Virus record (IMG/VR): IMGVR_UViG_3300027749_000042
Length of the DNA: 64,000 bases
Direction: 5' to 3' (one strand)
From: a virus
The notes beneath the pieces are model-generated. The model was not told the DNA's origin, searched no databases, and worked only from the letters and a program-made list of their open reading frames with translations. A program made the position numbers and the translations under genes. Within the stretch, counting starts at the first letter, position 1, and each line of letters starts with the position of its first letter. Positions 25,099-34,096 of this stretch are shown here, piece after piece.

Positions 25099-25476
25099 AT
25101 GAAAGTTGGCGATGTGGTAACTGTTATGGTTCGCGATCCTCGCAATGCAGCCATGTATTGTGCTGGCGTTGTGCGCGAGTGGAACGAATACACCGGCACC
25201 ATCGTGCCTAATCTCAAAGGCTTTGGCCCTGATGTTTTCTGCCTGTCTACGGGTGATGCCAAGTTTCCCGTGCGCATGATAGAGAAGGCTAGGACCACAT
25301 TCTATCGTGCTGAATTTGAAGGTGCTACTGTCACGCCTACATCCAAGACCTTCATCGTCAAGGGTTCAAAGCCCGGCTCGTCATACACTGTTACCTGTGA
25401 TGGTTCGCACTGGAGCTGCACATGTGTTGGTTTTGGCTTCCGTAAAGACTGCAAGCATGTTCGGGAGTGCAAGTGA
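25099..25476 (+). CDS. SWIM zinc-finger protein
   Basis: WSCTCVGF..RKDCKH. Confidence 0.85.
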   Translation: MKVGDVVTVMVRDPRNAAMYCAGVVREWNEYTGTIVPNLKGFGPDVFCLSTGDAKFPVRMIEKARTTFYRAEFEGATVTPTSKTFIVKGSKPGSSYTVTCDGSHWSCTCVGFGFRKDCKHVRECK

Positions 25477-25781
25477 TGCCTTTCGGCGGATATAATAAAC
25501 TAGACGATGGTGAGTATAAAGATTTTTCACCGTGGGGCCCAAGGAGAGAACCGTTGATTACCGAAGAGCGTTTACACGAGATCATTACTCAAGCTGGCTT
25601 TCGCGTTGATGAAGATGAGATACTTTCTCGCTGGCGCGAAGGTGTGGATATTTCCGATGATGTTATGAAGCTTATCAAGTTGGTCGCTGAGGAGTGTATC
25701 AGACTTGGCGAAGAATCGCAATATAAATGCAGGACATTTCCTGTGTCGGTAGCAATCAAAGATCATTTTGGAATCAAGTAA
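25476..25781 (+). CDS. Hypothetical protein
   Basis: Coupled ORF ending IKDHFGIK. Confidence 0.65.
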   Translation: MPFGGYNKLDDGEYKDFSPWGPRREPLITEERLHEIITQAGFRVDEDEILSRWREGVDISDDVMKLIKLVAEECIRLGEESQYKCRTFPVSVAIKDHFGIK

Positions 25782-26065
25782 TGCCTAGATATTCGTTGGT
25801 ACGTGACAAAGATGGTGCTGGTGACTCCGGGCCTATGTGTGAAATCCTTGACGCTGAGAGCGGCACGGCTGTAAAGAATGCTGACTACCCTATGGTTGGT
25901 TATGGTGTTCGCGTTGGCTCGCCGTATGGTCGTACATACTCCGCACAAGATTATTGGCAGACAACACCGATTACCGAAATCACTGAGGAGTCTGTCAATG
26001 ATGAAGGTTTCTGGACCGTGAAGTTCAAGACCAAAAACTCAAGCTACATATGGAAGGAGTTTTGA
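25781..26065 (+). CDS. Hypothetical protein
   Basis: QDYWQTTPITEI, KFKTKNS.Y. Confidence 0.7.
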   Translation: MPRYSLVRDKDGAGDSGPMCEILDAESGTAVKNADYPMVGYGVRVGSPYGRTYSAQDYWQTTPITEITEESVNDEGFWTVKFKTKNSSYIWKEF

Positions 26066-26066
26066 T

Positions 26067-26285
26067 ATGACAGTCCGCATTGAATATATGATAGTAAATG
26101 TTATCGGTTCAGTTATTACCAATTGGTGTACAACGGAAGGTTCCGTACAAAATGATCCACAGGTGTACATACCTCGCGCATACGCGGCAGCGAATCGTTT
26201 TTCTCAAGGAATGAACGGTCATAAGGCGCGAGTCCGTATAGTTGATGAACAAACAAGCAGAATAGTGGATATGGTAAATGTCTGA
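26067..26285 (+). CDS. Hypothetical protein
   Basis: AAGGAG RBS. Confidence 0.6.
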   Translation: MTVRIEYMIVNVIGSVITNWCTTEGSVQNDPQVYIPRAYAAANRFSQGMNGHKARVRIVDEQTSRIVDMVNV

Positions 26286-26748
26286 TAAAGATGATATGTG
26301 GGAAGCTTTTGCAAAGATAGGTGAGCTAATGGAAGAGCGTGAAAAAGAACTTGACAATCTCGCAGAAACCTGCGATTATGATATGAAGCTTGCAGTTACT
26401 CGTTGGGTGTTCAAACACATTGCAGCTCATGGCGCAGAAGGTGGTTCTTATCGCCATCTGATTTATGATCGTCTTGGTTTTGGACCTGATGCTTATGCGC
26501 CATTGTGTAGTGATGGGCTATTCATCAGTAATGAGTTTGATGCTGAGGCTTTGCCGAATGCCAGACATATGCTCAAAGGAGCATTCGAAAAGGGTCGCGA
26601 AGATATGCGCGAATATCATTTCAAAGAACTAAAAGAAGTCCTGAATTGTTGTGATGAGCCAGGATGCTATGAAGTTACCAGCTGCGGCTGGCCTACCGAA
26701 GACGGCGGATACCGTCATACCTGTTATACCCATATGAAGGATAAGTAA
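26278..26748 (+). CDS. Hypothetical protein with C-terminal Cys/His zinc motif
   Basis: GSYRHLIYDRLGFGPDAY; CCDEPGC...C.TH. Confidence 0.7.
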   Translation: MSDKDDMWEAFAKIGELMEEREKELDNLAETCDYDMKLAVTRWVFKHIAAHGAEGGSYRHLIYDRLGFGPDAYAPLCSDGLFISNEFDAEALPNARHMLKGAFEKGREDMREYHFKELKEVLNCCDEPGCYEVTSCGWPTEDGGYRHTCYTHMKDK

Positions 26749-26749
26749 A

Positions 26750-26959
26750 ATGACTGATACCGTGAAGACGACTGTTACCTTTACCACCGAGACTGTTGGT
26801 TCGGCTGATGAGCATTATCCTGATAACATTACCACGCTTTCGTTTGATGGTACCGACGCGACCGTGACGACAATGTGTGCCCAGTTCGCGCAATTCCTTC
26901 GTGCGGCTGGATATACATATGTGGATCGTGTCGAGTTCACAACGGAGAATGATTTCTAA
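26750..26959 (+). CDS. Hypothetical protein
   Basis: FAQFLRAAGY motif. Confidence 0.65.
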   Translation: MTDTVKTTVTFTTETVGSADEHYPDNITTLSFDGTDATVTTMCAQFAQFLRAAGYTYVDRVEFTTENDF

Positions 26960-27588
26960 TGGATGATGATAAGTTTTTCGTGTTCGATGATGTTCTAACA
27001 AAAAAAGAACACGAGAATCTATTTAAAAGCATTAAGATGCTGAAGTGGACTAATATGTGGTCTTCGGTGCTAGGGTCTGAAAGAGAAAGTGGACCTTGGC
27101 ACTGGAATCACACATTCTTCGAAGCTAGGCAAAATATGCCAGCAATGACAATAGAACAGCTTGCAGAGATGGATAAACTTTATCCAGACCTTACTGCTCT
27201 ATACGCAAAAATCATGGACCTTTCTAAAAAGTATGTGGGCAAATGTGATATTTTGCGTCTATATTCAAACTGTAATCCATATGGTACCAATGCGTATGTT
27301 CACCAAGATGATGGTGATTATACCGCGATTTACTATCCTTGTACCGAGTGGGAATCAGAGTGGGAAGGTGGCACATGCTTTTATGAACGAGACGAGAACA
27401 AACGACTTGATGCCATTCGTTATGTTTCGTACAAGCCTAATCGTATGGTAATCTTCACAGGAAAAATACCACATCGAGGTATGCCAGTTGACCGACGATG
27501 CATTCTACCTCGATACGTTATCGCATCAAAACTTCAACGAGACGTTAATGATTCAGAATATGCAAAGGAATTTTTCAATGAAAAGTGA
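26959..27588 (+). CDS. 2OG-Fe(II) oxygenase
   Basis: HQD, W...WEGGT, PNRMVIF.G.IPH, R. Confidence 0.85.
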   Translation: MDDDKFFVFDDVLTKKEHENLFKSIKMLKWTNMWSSVLGSERESGPWHWNHTFFEARQNMPAMTIEQLAEMDKLYPDLTALYAKIMDLSKKYVGKCDILRLYSNCNPYGTNAYVHQDDGDYTAIYYPCTEWESEWEGGTCFYERDENKRLDAIRYVSYKPNRMVIFTGKIPHRGMPVDRRCILPRYVIASKLQRDVNDSEYAKEFFNEK

Positions 27589-27839
27589 TCTTGAAATGTT
27601 GGTGCGCGTGGACATGCATCAGAATGGCTATGATCCGGATACATGGGCTGATGTTGTGGAGTACTGGAACAAGCGCCTTGGCTAAGCTATGGCGCATCTG
27701 GGCCAAAGCCCTCGGCAGAAAAGCCGGCATTGATGATAGGGAGTCGGACCGGGTAGCACTGGTCCGAACTCTCATTATCATTTCGTACATCATAACCAAC
27801 TGTTTCATCATTGCTGGCGTGATCCGACATTGGTAATGG

Positions 27840-27868
27840 TTGACTTCTGTGCGTTTACCATGTATTAT
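27840..27868 (+). promoter_or_regulatory. sigma70-type promoter
   Basis: TTGACT-17nt-TATTAT. Confidence 0.65.
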
Positions 27869-27894
27869 ACACCTATGATGAGAGGAGAGCAGCT

Positions 27895-28575
27895 ATGAAG
27901 ATTGGCATTATGTCCGATTTGCATATGTACAAGACGGTACTAACCGAAGAGACACCTTGGGACTTTGAGCCTGAAGCCGATGTGTTCTATATCTGCGCTG
28001 GTGATATCTGCGAGGACAATGATGCTCGCGCACGATTTAACCAAAAGCATTACGATCACATGTTGTCTATCCATGGCAACCATGATTACTATGGCAACAC
28101 ATTCTCGGATGCCAAGTACCACACGATCCTGCGTTCGGTCAACGGCGTTCGCATTGCTGGTGCTACTCTGTGGACTGATGTTCGCGACAATCTTGCTTGG
28201 TATACATACAAGAAAGGCTTGATTGATTGTGCCTATATCGAAGACCTCACGCACGAGGCTATGATTGAGGCCCACGAGATGCACAAGCATTTTCTGTTTG
28301 GCATGGATGCAGATATCATTGTGTCGCATCATGCGCCTACGATGCGTTCGGTGCATGAACGCTACATGAACGATCCGCATAATGTGTGCTTTGCCAATAA
28401 TCTTGAGAAACAGATTCTCAATATGAAAAAGCCGCCGAAGCTTTGGATTCACGGACATACGCACGATGACTTCGACTATATGATTGGTGATACTCGTGTG
28501 ATCTGTCATCCGCGCGGCTACAAGAACGAGCGTGGCGACTATTGGAGATATGCTCCGAAGATTGTGGAGATTTGA
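27895..28575 (+). CDS. Metallophosphoesterase
   Basis: SDLH, AGD, GNHDYY, SHHAP, HGHTH. Confidence 0.93.
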   Translation: MKIGIMSDLHMYKTVLTEETPWDFEPEADVFYICAGDICEDNDARARFNQKHYDHMLSIHGNHDYYGNTFSDAKYHTILRSVNGVRIAGATLWTDVRDNLAWYTYKKGLIDCAYIEDLTHEAMIEAHEMHKHFLFGMDADIIVSHHAPTMRSVHERYMNDPHNVCFANNLEKQILNMKKPPKLWIHGHTHDDFDYMIGDTRVICHPRGYKNERGDYWRYAPKIVEI

Positions 28576-28576
28576 A

Positions 28577-28858
28577 ATGGTGAAGCAAATCAAAGGTTTC
28601 GTAATTGTTCCGCCTGGTGAAAATGCGTGGCAGCTAGGATACTGGACATTTGCTCCTACTGCTGGCGAAGCATGGTATAGAAAGCTTGGGCACGAGGTAC
28701 ATGATATCGAACGCCCTCGCCGTATTCAAGCATGGCATGATCGCGGACATAGACTAAGAGAAGCAACACTTACCATTCATCCCGGCGAGGATGAGATTGA
28801 GGCCACAAATGGTAAACCTTCCAACCCTAATCTACACGAAACAACTCATACAGAGTAA
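28577..28858 (+). CDS. Hypothetical protein
   Basis: GGAG RBS. Confidence 0.6.
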   Translation: MVKQIKGFVIVPPGENAWQLGYWTFAPTAGEAWYRKLGHEVHDIERPRRIQAWHDRGHRLREATLTIHPGEDEIEATNGKPSNPNLHETTHTE

Positions 28859-29180
28859 CACTTATGCAAAATTCACCGAAGATACTGATCCACCAATCGA
28901 AACTATCATTGAAGCATCAGATGTTAAAGAACGCATCATGGAATATCTTGGCGCGGTTCTTGCAAGATGTTGGTACGATAAAGACCTCGCGCACGGATTG
29001 GCCTATTCGCCACACAAAGCATTAAGGAAGATAGGTGTCTTTCTGCCTGAAGAGCTTGAGATAAAGATTGAACGTAAAGACAAACAGCGCCCACGGCTCG
29101 TTATCTATGAATGGAACGGTGAGCGCACATTCAAAGTCCGTATCTGCTACTTGCAGATGATTATGATGGCAGGGAAATAA
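28809..29180 (+). CDS. Nitrile-hydratase-leader-like (NHLP fold) protein
   Basis: VLARCWYD..L...L..SP..AL..IGV.LP..L.I pattern. Confidence 0.5.
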   Translation: MVNLPTLIYTKQLIQSNTYAKFTEDTDPPIETIIEASDVKERIMEYLGAVLARCWYDKDLAHGLAYSPHKALRKIGVFLPEELEIKIERKDKQRPRLVIYEWNGERTFKVRICYLQMIMMAGK

Positions 29181-29199
29181 CATAAACAAGGAAAATAAC

Positions 29200-29637
29200 A
29201 TGAACAGAGAAGATGCACCACACCTGAGCGATGACCGATTCAATGATTTGATTCTTGCTCTAGGCACTCTCAGAGAAGCAATCAAAAATCTCAATGAAAA
29301 AAACGAGCGACTTGTTTCTGGCCCTGGCGGCATCATGGAAATGAAGCAGACCATTGCTGATAAAGAACAGCGCATCGAAGAGCTGGAAAGCCGGTTTTTC
29401 ATGGTAAACCAATTTAAGTTGTATTTCCATGCTTTCAATAAAGCCGCCGACCGAATTGAGAAGCTAGAGACGGCATTGGAGCATACAATGGAGTGCTTCC
29501 TCGGTGCTAGAGAGGCGTTGAAGGAATGCGTCATTGAGCGGGATGAAGCCCGCAAAGCACTGGAAGGGAAAGAACCTCTCGAATGGACAGAGAACTATGG
29601 GCAAGGTTCAGAGCCGTGGTTGAAAGATGTGAAGTGA
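29200..29637 (+). CDS. Coiled-coil hypothetical protein
   Basis: AADRIEKLE heptads. Confidence 0.65.
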   Translation: MNREDAPHLSDDRFNDLILALGTLREAIKNLNEKNERLVSGPGGIMEMKQTIADKEQRIEELESRFFMVNQFKLYFHAFNKAADRIEKLETALEHTMECFLGAREALKECVIERDEARKALEGKEPLEWTENYGQGSEPWLKDVK

Positions 29638-29789
29638 TGAAACTTGCTTGGTTATGTTACCCACACGATTATGGAGATGATCCAGATGATCTGTATCCTG
29701 TGATTCGTTTCGTAGAACCAGAGCGTTGGGTGTGGCGCAAAATTGTGCCTATCGTCTATGCTATATTAGAGGTTGACAACGATGAATAG
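29637..29789 (+). CDS. Small hypothetical protein
   Basis: MKLAWLCYP...PIVYA coupled ORF. Confidence 0.55.
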   Translation: MKLAWLCYPHDYGDDPDDLYPVIRFVEPERWVWRKIVPIVYAILEVDNDE

Positions 29790-30228
29790 ACGTAGTATGC
29801 TATCCTTTCTCGGTATTGGTGCTGTTGCTGGTACAGCCGTTGGTAGTCGTGGCTTTGATAATCCTGTTCCTTCTACTCATGGCACAACTTACGATATGGC
29901 ATATTCTATTACCAAAGAACCATACGACATTCCTATGGTAAAAGATACCACTGCATATGTCAAAGAAATGCAGGAACAGCTATCGCTAATCACTAGTGAC
30001 CCTGCTAAATGGATCGCTCAGAGAGTTACTGACGAAATGAAAGACTGGCGTATGGGATTTTCAGGTGTCAGGTTCAATGATATTGATCCCGATATTCGCA
30101 ACATGAAATCAATCACAGAAGTGGCTAAAATGCGTATATACTTTGAACGGCGAGCAACACGGCAAGCTGAAGTCAATCAAACGTCTTTGACACACCGCAT
30201 TGCAGAATATCTGGGAATTAACAAATGA
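29782..30228 (+). CDS. Protein with twin-arginine-like signal
   Basis: MNRRSMLSFLGIGAVAGTAVG. Confidence 0.6.
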   Translation: MNRRSMLSFLGIGAVAGTAVGSRGFDNPVPSTHGTTYDMAYSITKEPYDIPMVKDTTAYVKEMQEQLSLITSDPAKWIAQRVTDEMKDWRMGFSGVRFNDIDPDIRNMKSITEVAKMRIYFERRATRQAEVNQTSLTHRIAEYLGINK

Positions 30229-30770
30229 ATCGGTTTATCCTAGACCAGAATCCAGTCAAGGCTGCGGAGTATCACTGCGATAAGCATGTGGTCAAGATGA
30301 TTCTCGAGGAAGCACAGATGCTTTCTACGGTCCATCGGATCATCGACGGCGATGAATATGTTGACGCATCATCTGGTCGCAAGATCAAACGGTGGCGTTT
30401 GAATGATGACCGTGAGCTTACACTATACAAGGCTACACATGTTGGTCATCCGTGTACGCAGTGGGCTATGCAGTCTTCGGACAACTATGTGTGGGCTGTC
30501 ATGTTATTCCGTGCGCTACTAAATGAGTATCGCCATCGGTATAACAAGGTACACAAATGCGAAATGTTGTGGCAAACTTTGCACCATAAGCCCAATGGTA
30601 TGAAGAACGGTCCTGTGTATGAATTTCCACAAGCTATGCCTGACGACTGCAAGCAGAATGATCCTGTCGAAGGCTATCGGAAGTACTACATAGAACACAA
30701 AGCGCATTTCGCAAAATGGACAAATCGGCCTGCACCAGATTGGTTTAAATATGACAAATCAAGCGTTTGA
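30225..30770 (+). CDS. Pyrimidine-dimer DNA glycosylase (DenV-like family)
   Basis: HCDKHVVKMILE.AQMLST, HPCT.W, PQAMP, YRKYY. Confidence 0.85.
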   Translation: MNRFILDQNPVKAAEYHCDKHVVKMILEEAQMLSTVHRIIDGDEYVDASSGRKIKRWRLNDDRELTLYKATHVGHPCTQWAMQSSDNYVWAVMLFRALLNEYRHRYNKVHKCEMLWQTLHHKPNGMKNGPVYEFPQAMPDDCKQNDPVEGYRKYYIEHKAHFAKWTNRPAPDWFKYDKSSV

Positions 30771-31281
30771 AGGTGACATCAAAGATAATTATTTCTTTGT
30801 GGGTACCGATGGTGTTAAAGATATTGGAAAAATTTGCAGTGATTACAACGCAAAAACAGTTTTAGATTATGGTGCTGGAAAGACATTGTTAAATATACCG
30901 GGTGTAACTGTCACTCGTTATGATCCATTTCTACTCAACTATAATAGATTTCCTGGAGGCACATATGATATTGTGGTATGCCACAATTCTCTAAATCATG
31001 TCAATAAAGAACATTTGAATCAAACTTTAAATATTCTTTACGATTGTGTCAAATATGCACTGGTTACGAATATCCAATTCCCAGGAAAAAATAAAATTAG
31101 AACAAGCGAATATTTGCAAGCATTTGAAGCCTCACGGTTTACAACAAAAGACCATACTCGAACGTCACTAAACGCATTCGAAAAACTAATCAATGTGAAT
31201 ATCACACATATGCAACCACATTGGACTATAGAACCGGCCGTTCTATATTTTCTCCTAGAAAAAGGATCACAATGTTCATAA
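30751..31281 (+). CDS. Class I SAM-dependent methyltransferase-like
   Basis: VLDYGAGK, YDP, YDIVVC..SL.HV. Confidence 0.75.
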   Translation: MTNQAFEGDIKDNYFFVGTDGVKDIGKICSDYNAKTVLDYGAGKTLLNIPGVTVTRYDPFLLNYNRFPGGTYDIVVCHNSLNHVNKEHLNQTLNILYDCVKYALVTNIQFPGKNKIRTSEYLQAFEASRFTTKDHTRTSLNAFEKLINVNITHMQPHWTIEPAVLYFLLEKGSQCS

Positions 31282-31484
31282 AAGTAACAAACACCGCGAA
31301 TGAATTTCAAGGTGAAGCCATCTTCATTAATGTCGATCATATCACTGCGGTATATGACCATGCTAAAATTAAAGATGGTAGCTTGACAACCTTCATTCAT
31401 GCAAGAATTGGACCTCCGATCACATGGGAAGTTGAAGAGTCCGCCACACAAGTTATGAAACTAATCAAGGAAGCTACAGTATGA
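31272..31484 (+). CDS. FlbD/SwrD-like small protein
   Basis: MFIKVT...IFINVDHI...VEESATQV. Confidence 0.55.
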   Translation: MFIKVTNTANEFQGEAIFINVDHITAVYDHAKIKDGSLTTFIHARIGPPITWEVEESATQVMKLIKEATV

Positions 31485-32170
31485 ACACTGCTAAAATTAT
31501 TGCTATGACAGAACCGAAGATTTGGACGGATGCACCCGGTGATCCTCAGAAGCTTTCGGTTGATGAGTTTATCGCATACGTGGCCCGCGTGAGTAATCCA
31601 TCTAATCAGAATAACTCACTGACAGCTTCAAAGCTTTTGAAGTACCTTGCGAAGCATAAGCATTGGTCACCGTTTGAGATGGTTGATGTGGTGATGGAAA
31701 TCAATACCACCCGTGATATTGGTAGACAGATCCTGCGTCACCGTTCATTCCGTTTTCAGGAGTTCAGTCAACGCTATGCCGATCCCACAAAAGACATGGG
31801 GTTCGTTACCCGTGAAGCCCGTCTACAAGACACAAAAAACCGACAGAACTCGATTGAGATTTCCGACGAAGATCTCAAACGGGAATGGCACAACAACCAA
31901 GTCATGCTCATCAAAGCAGCAGAACAAACATACAACTGGGCAATCGAAAACGGAATCGCAAAGGAGCAAGCTCGTGCTGTACTACCTGAGGGACTTATTC
32001 TTAGTCGCATGTATATGGCTGGCAGCCTTCGCTCTTGGATCCATTATTGCCAAGTAAGAACAGACGCAAGCACTCAGAAGGAACACCGTGAGATTGCTAT
32101 GCAGGCCTGGGATCAGATTACCGACGCATTCCCATCGCTCAAAGAAGTACTGGCATCCCTTGACATATAA
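31481..32170 (+). CDS. thyX: Flavin-dependent thymidylate synthase
   Basis: HWSPFE, RHRSFRFQEFSQRY (RHRX7S), AKEQARAVLP. Confidence 0.97.
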   Translation: MNTAKIIAMTEPKIWTDAPGDPQKLSVDEFIAYVARVSNPSNQNNSLTASKLLKYLAKHKHWSPFEMVDVVMEINTTRDIGRQILRHRSFRFQEFSQRYADPTKDMGFVTREARLQDTKNRQNSIEISDEDLKREWHNNQVMLIKAAEQTYNWAIENGIAKEQARAVLPEGLILSRMYMAGSLRSWIHYCQVRTDASTQKEHREIAMQAWDQITDAFPSLKEVLASLDI

Positions 32171-32173
32171 ATA
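32166..32173 (+). promoter_or_regulatory. T4-type late promoter for the curli operon
   Basis: TATAAATA 5 nt upstream of the csgF ATG. Confidence 0.7.
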
Positions 32174-32178
32174 GGTGC

Positions 32179-32619
32179 ATGAGAAAGCTTTTAGTAGCTT
32201 TGTTATGTGTGGCTGCAATGCCGCTATATGCGACCGAACTACAGTTTAACTTTAAAAGCCCCGCCTTCTCAGGTGTGGGCTTTTCTTCACATGTCCTAAC
32301 CATTGAGAACTTAGAACAGACCAGACGCCAGAAGATCATGGATGACAAGGTTGCGGCTGCATCCAAGGCCGCATCTGATGCAAAGAATACGAACCTTGCG
32401 AAGTTTATCAATAACCTCGAGAGCCGTGTATATGCTACACTCTCACAGAAGATAGCCGAGCAGTTGTTTACTGATAATGGTGCAACGTCTGGCACATTTA
32501 GCATAGCGACAAACAATGTCCAATGGTCATCGGATGGTTCACAGATTACATTACGAATAACCGACGCAGCTGGTAGCGTCACAGAGGTTGTGGTTCCCTA
32601 CGGGAGTTTAGCATGGTAA
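32179..32619 (+). CDS. csgF: Curli assembly protein CsgF
   Basis: Signal peptide, then TELQFNFKSPAFSG (CsgF N-terminal FxNPxFxG motif), G..TEVVVP C-terminus. Confidence 0.85.
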   Translation: MRKLLVALLCVAAMPLYATELQFNFKSPAFSGVGFSSHVLTIENLEQTRRQKIMDDKVAAASKAASDAKNTNLAKFINNLESRVYATLSQKIAEQLFTDNGATSGTFSIATNNVQWSSDGSQITLRITDAAGSVTEVVVPYGSLAW

Positions 32620-33413
32620 AGATTGGTATGGTATTGGTAGGCCTACTGTTGGCTGGTTGCTCGCCAACGCTTATGTCAAAGGATGTGATTGAAGAGGTAG
32701 CAGACGCACCAGAAATCATTATGAACAAGCGGTTCAATGAGTTGGCTAATTTGAGAGGTGTGAATGGCGATATCATTCCGATCGCAGTCTACCGCTTCCC
32801 GGATATGACTGGTCAACGCAAGCCCGCTACCAACTTTGCCAGCTTGAGTTCCGCAGTCACGCAGGGTGCAGAGGTATTCCTGATAAAAGCTCTCCAGGAC
32901 GCCGGTAGGGGTCGGTGGTTTCAAGTGGTAGAGCGGGCCTCGCTTGAGAACCTGGTAAAGGAACGCCAGCTCATTCGTAGCCAACGTGAGCTATACGAAA
33001 AGGATCAGGCAAAGCCGCTTACACCACTGACCGTCGCAGGTATTATGATTGATGGTGGGATTGTTGGCTTTGATTCAAACATTGGCACTGGTGGTATTGG
33101 CGCACGATTCCTTGGCGTTGGGGCCAACCAAGAGTACCGTAAGGATGAAGTCACGGTGGTTCTGCGTTTGATATCCATAAACACAGGCGAAGTTCTGTTG
33201 TCCACTGGATCATCCAAGACTATTCTAAGCACCAGCGCAGGTGCGAATGTGTTTAAGTTTGTTGATGCGGGTACAAGGTCTGTCGAGTTTGAAGCTGGAA
33301 CAGCAGCGAATGAACCTACAACATATGCAGTTAGAATAGCAATAGAAGCCGCAGTGGTCGATATGATAAAAGAGGGAGCCAAAAAGAAGCTCTGGAGTAT
33401 CAAGAAGAGGTAA
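32613..33413 (+). CDS. csgG: Curli secretion channel CsgG
   Basis: Lipobox LAGC, AVYRFPDMTGQRKP, SSAVTQG, WFQVVER, L.KERQLIR. Confidence 0.93.
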   Translation: MVKIGMVLVGLLLAGCSPTLMSKDVIEEVADAPEIIMNKRFNELANLRGVNGDIIPIAVYRFPDMTGQRKPATNFASLSSAVTQGAEVFLIKALQDAGRGRWFQVVERASLENLVKERQLIRSQRELYEKDQAKPLTPLTVAGIMIDGGIVGFDSNIGTGGIGARFLGVGANQEYRKDEVTVVLRLISINTGEVLLSTGSSKTILSTSAGANVFKFVDAGTRSVEFEAGTAANEPTTYAVRIAIEAAVVDMIKEGAKKKLWSIKKR

Positions 33414-33418
33414 ACAAA

Positions 33419-34096
33419 ATGAAACGTACAAGACTGGCATTTTTGTCATTCTTGGTTATGCTTCAATATGCAAACGCCGCGAGCAATAGTGTGTATGTAG
33501 ACCAAATCGGTAGTGGTTCTACAATTTCTATGACTCAGACTGGCAATTCGAACGTGATTGGAAATTCTACCGACAAAGCAATATTCAACGGGCAGAACAA
33601 TACTGTCACGATTGACCAGATTGGTAACACCAACCTAATGAGCATCAATGTTCAAGGTGATGGCGTAACCGCGTCTTCACTTGTTACTGGTGATAATAAC
33701 ACCATCAACATGCAATGCGGTGTCAGTGGTACATGTACTGGTTCAACATTGAATAATACCATCACAGGCGATAACAACGTAATCACTCAAAAGGCCGAGG
33801 GGTTCACGATATCCAACGTGACGGTAAACACAGACAACAACACCGTAAACATAGAGAATGATTCCAGCGCAGTCGCGGGTGCGAAGAGTACGGTTCTTAT
33901 TGACGGTGGTGGTGGCAATAGTGTCAACATCATTCAGACAGGCGTAGCATCTACGAATGGACATGAAGCCGATGTGAATATCTTAGGTGCAACAAACACT
34001 GTAGATATAAAGCAAGGTGGCGGTGTTGACTCTAAGGTCATTTCTACAATCACTGGTTCTGGCAATACTCTGCTTATCAAGTCCAACCACAACTAA
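33419..34096 (+). CDS. Curlin-repeat protein (CsgA/CsgB-like)
   Basis: Signal peptide, repeated xQxGxxNxxxI units, N/T/G rich. Confidence 0.8.
   Translation: MKRTRLAFLSFLVMLQYANAASNSVYVDQIGSGSTISMTQTGNSNVIGNSTDKAIFNGQNNTVTIDQIGNTNLMSINVQGDGVTASSLVTGDNNTINMQCGVSGTCTGSTLNNTITGDNNVITQKAEGFTISNVTVNTDNNTVNIENDSSAVAGAKSTVLIDGGGGNSVNIIQTGVASTNGHEADVNILGATNTVDIKQGGGVDSKVISTITGSGNTLLIKSNHN

Noticed and set aside
17492-28593. Long antisense ORFs (17492-18109, 18476-19054, 22402-22947, 24464-25012, 27940-28593)
   Set aside because: Shadow frames of well-supported + strand genes, with no motifs
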